A DNA stretch of 64,000 nucleotides from positions 1 through 64,000 of the IMG/VR virus record IMGVR_UViG_3300044732_000442, one strand, 5' to 3'. The notes below the pieces were generated by a model that was not told the origin of the DNA, did not search any database, and saw only the letters and a list, made by a program, of their open reading frames with translations. Every line of letters starts with the position of its first letter. Position 1 is the stretch's first letter. This DNA comes from a virus. Position numbers and translations under genes: made by a program. Of the stretch, positions 9,593 to 17,965 are shown one piece after another.

Positions 9593-11311
9593 TTATATTA
9601 CCGGTGGAATTGGATCTGGTGCTATTGTCAAAATAGTTGACAATGCTTGTTTCTGTGGTATACTTGTACCATCAGTTGTTATTGTTACATTACTATTATT
9701 TATGAAGCTAGATTGTTGTGACAAATCTGTTTCAGTGAATCCTGTAGGCGTTCTGACATTTTTAGATATACGAACCCATATTCTACCATCCCAACGATAG
9801 AGAATTTGCGGTAGATAATCTGTACGTAAGAAGTATGCACCCACTTCTGGATTTTGCGGGAAAGCAATTCCTGCCCCTGTTGGGAATCCATTTGGTGCTT
9901 CTGCAGTGCCATCTAAATAGCCAGTTGTATAGCCAAAGCTTCTTGGACTACTACGAGCAATGAATTGGAATCGTGGATCAGTATCTGCTCGATAGTCCAT
10001 AGTATCTGGACCGTATGGTTCTGTTCCTGTAAAGTTTGGAGCTTCTGGGTTTTGATCGGCGAAAGCATATGTATTATCTGATGTACCATATGGTCCTGTA
10101 ATAGGCCCTGTTGGCAATGCTGTTAATACTATCTCACCTTCAACTGCTCCTGAACCATTGCCAATTAGTGTTGGTGCAATAGTAGCTGTCTCTAAGTTTA
10201 TCTGTCTTGCAACCCTTAAAGGATCAAATGTCATGTCTGCTGACATATCCCAAATACTTTGTACAGTTGTTTTAGGTATACGTAATATAGGACTTGCATT
10301 TTTGTAAGCAGGACTACGAACTATTGCTACCACACCAGTTGCAACAACAGGAGCTCCATTATTGTTAGCTAAAACATTTATAGGTGGAGCAGGTTGATTA
10401 TATTTACCTGATAATTGAGTATCACTTTCATATACACCATATGTAGGAACAATATATAAATTAGTTCTATCATAACCTGACTTAGGTACTAATCTGTCAG
10501 CTTCTTCAAGTATAGCATTATTGATTTGTAGATTTTTATTATATGTAGCAAGAATATCTTTGAGATTTTGATTAGGATCAAGTTCCCAATATACTGTATT
10601 AGGTGGTACAATACCAATTGGTACTTCTTGTTTAGATATATAATTCTTATCACCAAATGTAATACTATAACCAGCTGGATATACTTTATTACTATCCCAT
10701 AATCCAAGGTAATTATCTTGATTAATTGGTTCAGATAATATCTGACTAAATTCTTCACTATCAACTAATGGTTCACATTTAATACGCCATAAATGCGGAT
10801 ACCATGTAGGACTAAATCCTTCACTAGCAAAATTACCATCAGTAATCTGATAAAATCTTTTTAATGCAACTGGTATAGTTTCTTTTAATGGATTATAATC
10901 TAATAAGTGAGGTAATTCTAATACATCACCAACCATTAACTTACGACCAACTAAATCAATCATATCGTTATAATGAACAGTAATAAAGATAATGTCATTG
11001 TTTAAGAATAATCCAAATTGACTTAAATCAAAATCTAAATTCTGTACATTATAATGACCACGTAATCTATAAATATTAGGATCATACGTTCTATCTCTAT
11101 TCTCTAAAAATAATAAATCTTGTATATTGGTTGGATTTAATGAATCATATTGTGGCTGTGTATAGTCAATACTCGCACCCTGATCTGTTGGTCCTAAGTA
11201 TTTGTGAATATATAAATCAGTGGCGCCAACAGTAAACATCTCTGATATTGTTTTATCAAAGAAACGGTAATCATTTGATTTCGTGGGGTGATATAATGAG
11301 AGTCTAGGCAT
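9593..11311 (-). CDS. neck/head-closure protein (T4 gp14-like) with insertions
   Basis: LSQFGLFL...GRKLMVGDVLELPHL; adjacent to the gp15-like gene; late box 6 nt upstream. Confidence 0.6.
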   Translation of the reverse strand: MPRLSLYHPTKSNDYRFFDKTISEMFTVGATDLYIHKYLGPTDQGASIDYTQPQYDSLNPTNIQDLLFLENRDRTYDPNIYRLRGHYNVQNLDFDLSQFGLFLNNDIIFITVHYNDMIDLVGRKLMVGDVLELPHLLDYNPLKETIPVALKRFYQITDGNFASEGFSPTWYPHLWRIKCEPLVDSEEFSQILSEPINQDNYLGLWDSNKVYPAGYSITFGDKNYISKQEVPIGIVPPNTVYWELDPNQNLKDILATYNKNLQINNAILEEADRLVPKSGYDRTNLYIVPTYGVYESDTQLSGKYNQPAPPINVLANNNGAPVVATGVVAIVRSPAYKNASPILRIPKTTVQSIWDMSADMTFDPLRVARQINLETATIAPTLIGNGSGAVEGEIVLTALPTGPITGPYGTSDNTYAFADQNPEAPNFTGTEPYGPDTMDYRADTDPRFQFIARSSPRSFGYTTGYLDGTAEAPNGFPTGAGIAFPQNPEVGAYFLRTDYLPQILYRWDGRIWVRISKNVRTPTGFTETDLSQQSSFINNSNVTITTDGTSIPQKQALSTILTIAPDPIPPVI

Positions 11312-11375
11312 ATCTATTATTTATCGTTTATGTACTGTTCAGTAAATAGAATAAGAAAATGGGTCAATCTCACGG

Positions 11376-11404
11376 TTGACAACAAATGGAACATATGCTA
11401 TAAT
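11376..11404 (+). promoter_or_regulatory. consensus sigma70-like promoter
   Basis: TTGACA-17 nt-TATAAT with extended TG. Confidence 0.85.
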
Positions 11405-11436
11405 ACACAAATGCGCTATAAAATTAGGAGAACTTA

Positions 11437-12630
11437 ATGGCAACACGTAAACCCGCAAGTAAAATCATTAAAGCTAGTGATTATTCACAGGTTAAGACAC
11501 TTAACCCCAGAGACCCGGACACTGAATATTTAGGTCCTGAACCTATGTTTGCCGTACAACCCGATCCAGATAGACGCCGAGTCGCACTTATGCGTAGTTT
11601 CACATGGTATGGTCGCTTCTATGGTAAAAAAGATGCTAAAGAATTCTTATCACAATACTTAGACCTACGTGAACGCCCACAAGAGGCTAAAATCATGCGT
11701 AAGATTGATGAGAAAGAATGTATCAACACACTAGCTTGGTTAGCACGTATGGAATTACGTGGACTAGAACTATCTGAAACCGAATCAGATACACTACAAA
11801 ACGAAATCAAACGTTTGCTTGAAACAATACATAAGCCACAAATTATTGAACAATCAGCAACAGGCGCACCTGATACTCCCGCAAGACCTAACATTCAGGA
11901 AATCTTAAAAGATAAAGCACGTGAAGCCGGTGGTGAACTTGAAGGATTGTTTGATGAATATATTACATCAGGTGCCGGATCTAAACATACATTACGACCA
12001 ATTGATGAAGTGGCTAAAAAGAATGTAATGCCACAACATATCAGTTTGTTAACCGATGTATGGAAAAAGAAACTGAACGAAATTGAAGAAGTATTGAAAG
12101 GTACAGATAGTCAATTAGTACAGGGTTATCAACATCTAACAAAAACACAATTAAAAAATATTGTGAAGTTTATTGAGTTGGTTATTAGTGATTTGAACAG
12201 TTACATTAGTGTTAAGAAAGCCGCAAAAGCTCCTAGGGCACGTAAGGCGGTACCTGTGGAGAAGATTGTAGCAAAACTTAAGTATCTTAAAACATTCAAA
12301 GATACTGCAAGTAAACTTGATTTGTTAAGTATCAGTCCTATCAAGCTTCATGGTGCAAGTGAAGCTTGGGCCTATGACACTGCCAAACGTAAGTTACATC
12401 ATTACATTGCCGATGACTATAGTAAAACCTTTACAGTTAAAGGTAGCACGTTGTTGGGATTTGATACCGTACAGAGTGAAGTAAAGACATTACGTAAACC
12501 TAGTGAACAGATTAAAGAAGTTATGGGTAGTAAGCCGGCCGCACGTAAGTATTTTAAAGATATTAAAGCAGTTAGTACAACACCTAATGGTAGGTTTAAT
12601 GACCAAATGATTATTTTGAAAGCATTTTAA
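11437..12630 (+). CDS. hypothetical basic phage protein
   Basis: 397 aa ORF with AGGAG RBS behind a consensus promoter. Confidence 0.8.
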   Translation: MATRKPASKIIKASDYSQVKTLNPRDPDTEYLGPEPMFAVQPDPDRRRVALMRSFTWYGRFYGKKDAKEFLSQYLDLRERPQEAKIMRKIDEKECINTLAWLARMELRGLELSETESDTLQNEIKRLLETIHKPQIIEQSATGAPDTPARPNIQEILKDKAREAGGELEGLFDEYITSGAGSKHTLRPIDEVAKKNVMPQHISLLTDVWKKKLNEIEEVLKGTDSQLVQGYQHLTKTQLKNIVKFIELVISDLNSYISVKKAAKAPRARKAVPVEKIVAKLKYLKTFKDTASKLDLLSISPIKLHGASEAWAYDTAKRKLHHYIADDYSKTFTVKGSTLLGFDTVQSEVKTLRKPSEQIKEVMGSKPAARKYFKDIKAVSTTPNGRFNDQMIILKAF

Positions 12631-13064
12631 TGAGTAATATTGATTTAAACAAATACAAAGATTTTGTAGAAGCTGTAACCAGCAAGGCAAGCAATGACTT
12701 GACTACATTCATGGACCGGTGTGATGAACTTGATGGTAATTACATTGGTGATGGTGTACATGGTCCTGATATCAATGTACCACTTTTACTTACAGCTTGT
12801 CTTGGATTAGCGGCTGAATGTGGAGAATTTATTGAAGTGCCCAAGAAGATGTTTTTTCAGGGCAAACCACTGACAGAAGCAGAGGTGTTTCATTTAAAGC
12901 GTGAGTTGGGTGATGTTATGTGGTATTGGATTAATGCTTGTCGTGCGTTGAATTTAGATCCAAATGAAGTTATTGCAGAGAATGTTCGTAAGTTAGAGAG
13001 TAGATATCCCGGTGGAAGTTTTGATGCGTTTTACAGTGAAAACCGTAAAGAAGGTGATATCTGA
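12630..13064 (+). CDS. mazG: MazG-like nucleotide pyrophosphohydrolase
   Basis: LGLAAECGEF...KK...LKRELGDVMWY...N..KL..RYP. Confidence 0.9.
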   Translation: MSNIDLNKYKDFVEAVTSKASNDLTTFMDRCDELDGNYIGDGVHGPDINVPLLLTACLGLAAECGEFIEVPKKMFFQGKPLTEAEVFHLKRELGDVMWYWINACRALNLDPNEVIAENVRKLESRYPGGSFDAFYSENRKEGDI

Positions 13065-13089
13065 TAAATATGTTAAAGGTTAACATATT

Positions 13090-14043
13090 ATGGATATCGG
13101 AGCAGGAATAACATTTGGTGCTGGGGTTGCAATAACACCTGAACCACCTCAAGGGAATAAGGCTATATTTGGATACGGTCTAACCTACTCAGGAGCGTGG
13201 ATTGGATTATCAATGACCAATTTAGTATCAAACACCGGGATAGTTGGAAATGACGTAACAGGTGTGGGTACCGGCAGAGGCACTCTTGCAGCCGCAGGAT
13301 ATGGAACAGATAAAGCTATATTTGGATATGGAACTACTAACGCAGGACTTTCTGGAGTAGTAGCAATGACCAACAAAGTATCAAATACAGGTGTTGTAGC
13401 TACAGATACTACAGGGGTTGGCACTCGTAGAAGTAATTTAGCAGCCGCATGTTATGGCACTGATAAGGCTATATTTGGTTATGGATGGCTTGACTTTAAC
13501 CCTCCCTTTGTATCAATTACTAACCTAGTATCAAACACCGGTGTTGTTGCAGGTGATACTACAGGTGTTGGTTATGCTAGATTTGCATTAGCCGCCGCAG
13601 GATATGGAACAGATAAAGCTATATTTGGATATGGATTTGGTAATGTTGGTGAAGGTTATACAAGTATAACTAACAAAGTATCAAACACCGGTGTTGTTGC
13701 TAGTGACACAACGGGTGTTGGTTCTCCTAGAAATGATCCATCAGCTACCGGTTATGGTAATGACAAAGCTATGTTTGCACTTGGATATAATGGAAGTACC
13801 GGAGGTTATAAATCAATAACTAATCTAGTAAGTAATACCGGAGTAGTTGCTACTGATACAGCAACTGTAGCTACCGGTAGATTCCAAGCACCGGCTGCAG
13901 TTTATGGCAATGACAAAGCTATATTAGGATCTGGATCCGGTGGATATGTAACTAACTTGATAAGTAATACAGGGGTTGTTGCAAGTGACACAGCAGGTGT
14001 AGGAACTGATAGAAGTGGCCAAGCAGGCGCAGCCTACGGTTAA
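13090..14043 (+). CDS. kelch-like beta-propeller repeat protein, family A (6 repeats)
   Basis: Six ~48 aa repeats KAIFGYG-var-TNLVSNTGVVAxDTTGVGTxR-xx-AAAGYG; own late box at 13065. Confidence 0.75.
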   Translation: MDIGAGITFGAGVAITPEPPQGNKAIFGYGLTYSGAWIGLSMTNLVSNTGIVGNDVTGVGTGRGTLAAAGYGTDKAIFGYGTTNAGLSGVVAMTNKVSNTGVVATDTTGVGTRRSNLAAACYGTDKAIFGYGWLDFNPPFVSITNLVSNTGVVAGDTTGVGYARFALAAAGYGTDKAIFGYGFGNVGEGYTSITNKVSNTGVVASDTTGVGSPRNDPSATGYGNDKAMFALGYNGSTGGYKSITNLVSNTGVVATDTATVATGRFQAPAAVYGNDKAILGSGSGGYVTNLISNTGVVASDTAGVGTDRSGQAGAAYG

Positions 14044-14098
14044 TCATAATGTTAGTGTCTCCCGATAAATACAATATACGTATCTAAAGGTAACAATT

Positions 14099-15082
14099 AT
14101 GTCAATAACGATAACAGGTGGAATATCATTTGGTGGTGGAGTAGGGATAACTGCCGCTCCACCTGCAACTCCAACAGCGGCTTGGTTTGCAGGTGGAGGT
14201 GGTGCTGGCGGTCAAGCTTCTATTGTTCAACGTATAACATATGCAACAGATACAGCAACAGCAACAGTACGAGGTCCATTAGATGGAGTGCGATATGCTC
14301 AAGGCGCTACCAGTGATCTTAATTATGGGTGGTATGCTGGAGGTAAAATTGGGTCTCCCTTATCTATGGTGTCACGCATAACATATGCAACAGACACTAA
14401 CACTGCAAGTAATCGCGGTCCACTAAGTTATAGAGCATATTATATTGCCGCAACAGGAAATACTACATATGGTTGGTTTGGAGGAGGATTAGACTTTGAT
14501 GGCTTTTCAAACGTAAAGGTATCTACTGTATCTAGAATAACGTATGCAACAGATACTGACACCGGTACTTCTAGAGGGAGACTATCAAGCATATTCTTTG
14601 GAATGGCTGCGGCCGGTAATACAACTGATGGTTGGTTTGGCGGAGGAGAAAGCTCTAGCGGAACATCGTCAACAGTTAATAGAATAACATATGCAACAGA
14701 CACTGCTACTGCAAGTGTAAAGGGTCCATTAAGTTTAGCTAGACAAAGATTGGCTGCAACCGGTACCCCTAGTTATGGATGGTTTGGAGCTGGCTATAAC
14801 CCTGGTACTCCTTTTTTTAGTAGTGTAGATCGTATTGATTATGCTAATGATACAACAACAGCTAGTACTCGCGGACCATTAAGTTCAGCTAGAATAGGTC
14901 TAGCGGCATCAACCGATAGTGATACATATGGATGGTTTGGTGGTGGATACAATTCTCCATCTCCGGGACAGAAAACAACAGTAGACCGTATTACATATGC
15001 AACTGATACCGCAACTGCAACTGAACGTGGCCCGTTGAGTTCTGCAAGAACTTATTTGGCTGCAAGCTCAGGTTTACAATAA
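14099..15082 (+). CDS. kelch-like beta-propeller repeat protein, family B (6 repeats)
   Basis: Six repeats GWFGGG-var-VxRITYATDTxTASxRGPLS; own late box at 14066. Confidence 0.75.
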   Translation: MSITITGGISFGGGVGITAAPPATPTAAWFAGGGGAGGQASIVQRITYATDTATATVRGPLDGVRYAQGATSDLNYGWYAGGKIGSPLSMVSRITYATDTNTASNRGPLSYRAYYIAATGNTTYGWFGGGLDFDGFSNVKVSTVSRITYATDTDTGTSRGRLSSIFFGMAAAGNTTDGWFGGGESSSGTSSTVNRITYATDTATASVKGPLSLARQRLAATGTPSYGWFGAGYNPGTPFFSSVDRIDYANDTTTASTRGPLSSARIGLAASTDSDTYGWFGGGYNSPSPGQKTTVDRITYATDTATATERGPLSSARTYLAASSGLQ

Positions 15083-15131
15083 ACAGTCTCTATGGCGTAA
15101 CCTGATAAATACATTATACAGGTAAACAACT

Positions 15132-15929
15132 ATGACAATATCAGCTACTGCAAATATACTATCTACGCCATCTGGTTTAACACTAGATGAACTAAAACAG
15201 GCACTATTCCAAAACGTTAGATATCGTCTAGGAGATGGTATCATTGACTTGGAACTAGACCCTCAACACTATGAGGCTGCATATAACTACGCTATCAAAG
15301 TATATCGTCAAAGAGCACAAAACGCTACGGCAGAATCCTATACTCTTTTTACAATAGAAAAGAATGTTGATACATATACTCTACCACAAGAATTCATTAA
15401 CGTCAGATGTTTATATCGTAGAACAGTTGGTCTAGAAACAGGGCCAAGTTCTAGTAGTTTTGATCCATTCAGTTCAGCTATTCTTAATACATATTTGCTA
15501 AACTATAACTATGCAGGTGGTATGGCAACATATGACTTCTATGCCGGTTATGTTGAATTAGCCGCACGTATGTTTGGTGGATATGTTGTTTATACATTTG
15601 ATCCAGTAACCAAAGTATTACGTATTGTACGTGATCCAAAAGGTTCCGGTGAACGTATATTGATTTGGGCAGATGTACAAAGAACACAAGAGGTATTGTT
15701 ACAAGATCCAGGTGCTGGTGTATGGATTGGTGATTGGGTATTTGCTGTATTAAAAGGTATCATTGGTGAAGCACGTGAGAAGTTTGCTAGCATTGCAGGC
15801 CCGGGTGGTGGCACAAGTTTAAATGGTGCGGCAATGAAGGCTGAAAGTAAACAACTTCAACAAGAACTCATTGAAGAACTAAAACGTTATGTGGATTATA
15901 GTCAACCGTTGACTTGGGTACAAGGCTAA
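15132..15929 (+). CDS. neck protein (T4 gp13-like)
   Basis: RLGDGIIDLELDPQH; C-terminal KFASIAGPGGGTSLNG typical of gp13-like adaptors. Confidence 0.75.
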   Translation: MTISATANILSTPSGLTLDELKQALFQNVRYRLGDGIIDLELDPQHYEAAYNYAIKVYRQRAQNATAESYTLFTIEKNVDTYTLPQEFINVRCLYRRTVGLETGPSSSSFDPFSSAILNTYLLNYNYAGGMATYDFYAGYVELAARMFGGYVVYTFDPVTKVLRIVRDPKGSGERILIWADVQRTQEVLLQDPGAGVWIGDWVFAVLKGIIGEAREKFASIAGPGGGTSLNGAAMKAESKQLQQELIEELKRYVDYSQPLTWVQG

Positions 15930-16811
15930 ATGAGAGCAATTGAATTTTTAACAGAAGCTAGAAACAGAATGTATCAATACATCAAAAGTATTGTTCCTAC
16001 CTGGCCTGAATATATTGTTAAAGATTGGCTCTATCAGGGATTTGGTCGTTATAATGATGAAAATCCTAAACGCAGATTATTGACTATGCTAAATCGTGAG
16101 GGTTTAAATAGAAACACTCAATGGCAATTTGTTCCTAACATGAAGTTTACTATGGATAATATGTGGACTACTCATACTTTAAGAAAACTCCAAGGTCGAG
16201 CCGGCGGACTTAGCGATATGGGAATGGACGTTCCCAGAGATTCTGAAAGACATGCTACACAAGCACAGTTAGCACAAAAACAAGGCGGTGTTAGAAGTGA
16301 ACCGGTGATACTAATTAAAAGACCTGACGGATACGAACTATTAGAAGGTTGGCATAGAACTATTCAGCACTTTCATAAATTTCCAGATGGTTACACGGGT
16401 CCTGCTTATGTTGCAGTTGCTCAAAGTAAGCAAGGTGTAGCGGAAGGCAATTTTGATTCCTTCAAATTTGGTAAGCCAATTACCTTTACTGCCTACCATT
16501 CTTCCGATTCAAAAATAAAAAGAATTCTCCCAACAGACGAATTTTATTTCAGTGATGATAGATACACATGGGAAGGAAACTATCTTTACAAAATAAAGAT
16601 AACTTTGAAAAATCCTTATGTCGTGCTAGATCAGAAAGCAGGGTACGAAGGTCATGCTACAGACTCTCTTCCAAAGATAAAGGCAGCTGGGTATGACGGG
16701 GTTATATATACCCCACATTCTGTTGATTATGGGTTTAGACAAGGCGTTTGTTTTTACCCACAAAAGCAAATATCTAACATCAAGTTAGTTAACTCTGATA
16801 GTGGTAAATAA
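15930..16811 (+). CDS. two-module protein: ParB/Srx-like domain + QGVAEG linker + ADP-ribosyltransferase-like domain
   Basis: MRAIEFLTE start; EPVILI...YELLEGWHR; then AYHSS...FYFS...LKNP...GYDGVI. Confidence 0.6.
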   Translation: MRAIEFLTEARNRMYQYIKSIVPTWPEYIVKDWLYQGFGRYNDENPKRRLLTMLNREGLNRNTQWQFVPNMKFTMDNMWTTHTLRKLQGRAGGLSDMGMDVPRDSERHATQAQLAQKQGGVRSEPVILIKRPDGYELLEGWHRTIQHFHKFPDGYTGPAYVAVAQSKQGVAEGNFDSFKFGKPITFTAYHSSDSKIKRILPTDEFYFSDDRYTWEGNYLYKIKITLKNPYVVLDQKAGYEGHATDSLPKIKAAGYDGVIYTPHSVDYGFRQGVCFYPQKQISNIKLVNSDSGK

Positions 16812-16835
16812 TATAATTAAGGATAACCTAAACAG

Positions 16836-16864
16836 TTTACATTACAATTCTCCTGTAGTACAAT
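16836..16864 (+). promoter_or_regulatory. sigma70-like promoter
   Basis: TTTACA-17 nt-TACAAT upstream of the kinase RBS. Confidence 0.55.
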
Positions 16865-16885
16865 ATGTATTACAGGAGTTACCAT

Positions 16886-17518
16886 ATGATTATTGGAGTT
16901 ACAGGATTGATCGGTAGCGGCAAGGACACAATTGCTGACTATCTTTGCACATTTCACGGGTTCAAACGTGTTAGTTTTGCGGCATCATTAAAAGACGCAG
17001 TAGCAGCCGTCTTTGGTTGGAATAGAGAATACTTAGAAGGTTCTACTAAAACCAGTCGTGCTTGGCGAGAACAAAAAGACCAATGGTGGAGTGACCGACT
17101 AGGTATGGAAATCACCCCACGATGGATATTACAATATTGGGGGACAGAAGTCTGTCGTAATGGGTTTCATAAAGATATTTGGGTAGCAAGTGTAGAGAAC
17201 AAACTACGCCAAACAGATGAAAACATTGTGATTACCGACTGTCGTTTTGTCAATGAAGTTAACTCTATTAAAAGTGTAGGTGGTATCACGATGCGTGTTA
17301 ACAGGGGTGAACGTCCTGTCTGGTATAGTGCGGCAGTTGATTACAATAATGAACCTGAAGGTAGTGAACAAAAATTGAAAGCTATGGTAGAGTTAGGAAA
17401 CTATGCTGTCCATGCGAGTGAATATAGTAGTGTTGGTTTATTGTATGATTATTATATTGACAACAATGGTTCAATAGATGAGTTACATAAGCAAGTGAAC
17501 TCAGTGGTCAACTTGTAA
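16886..17518 (+). CDS. deoxynucleoside monophosphate kinase (T4 gp1-like)
   Basis: IIGVTGLIGSGKDT P-loop, FAASLK, PRWILQYWGTE, ITDCRF.NE; start set at ATG after AGGAG. Confidence 0.9.
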   Translation: MIIGVTGLIGSGKDTIADYLCTFHGFKRVSFAASLKDAVAAVFGWNREYLEGSTKTSRAWREQKDQWWSDRLGMEITPRWILQYWGTEVCRNGFHKDIWVASVENKLRQTDENIVITDCRFVNEVNSIKSVGGITMRVNRGERPVWYSAAVDYNNEPEGSEQKLKAMVELGNYAVHASEYSSVGLLYDYYIDNNGSIDELHKQVNSVVNL

Positions 17519-17845
17519 GTCCCCTCGTTTCCAAGTAACTTCTTTCTTTTTTACTACTTCTACACAGTTAAGACAGATACTACGTAGATTAGACATTTCT
17601 GCGTTGTCTAGATTACCATCAATATGAAAGACGGTAATTTGACTAGTGAATATACTCTTGAAGCCGCATAAATCACATGCGGCTTTTTTCTTATAACCTT
17701 TAGTTTTCCATTTAGGATTTCTAGGTTTAAGTTTATTTTTCTTTCTTCCGCACTCATCGCACATGCTTCTATAGTGTGTTATACCTAGCCGGTTGTAGTT
17801 AACGGCACAGTGATTCTTTCCACAAGTATTGCATATAGGTCTCAT
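17501..17845 (-). CDS. Zn-finger/HNH-like protein
   Basis: CxxC pairs and VFHIDGNLDN...NL...CLNC; start reassigned to MRPIC behind a TAAATA box. Confidence 0.65.
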   Translation of the reverse strand: MRPICNTCGKNHCAVNYNRLGITHYRSMCDECGRKKNKLKPRNPKWKTKGYKKKAACDLCGFKSIFTSQITVFHIDGNLDNAEMSNLRSICLNCVEVVKKKEVTWKRGDLQVDH

Positions 17846-17904
17846 TGTGTATTTACTCTGGAAACCTTCAAAGGCACGGTAACTATGTCTTTTTAAAGGT
17901 ATTT

Positions 17905-17912
17905 GATAAATA
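17905..17912 (+). promoter_or_regulatory. late-type promoter GATAAATA (example; T4 TATAAATA-like)
   Basis: The TAAATA core recurs just upstream of structural genes at 368, 1327, 3480, 5968, 13065, 14066, 15106, 17907, 21597, 24288, 24778, 25786, 28874, 35179, 36489, 41056, 46686, 48756, 49770, 51986, 57599 and 60412, and on the minus strand at 11318-11323 and 17850-17855. Confidence 0.8.
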
Positions 17913-17965
17913 TTAATATGCAAACAGGTAGTAAACCTTAAAATTTTACATAAAGGAAATATAAA

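Noticed and set aside
13090-15082. Diversity-generating retroelement acting on the repeat genes
   Set aside because: No reverse transcriptase or non-coding template repeat in the window; differences include indels and are not adenine-specific
17501-17845. Intron-encoded or mobile homing endonuclease
   Set aside because: Short free-standing ORF with degenerate HNH residues and no interrupted host gene around it
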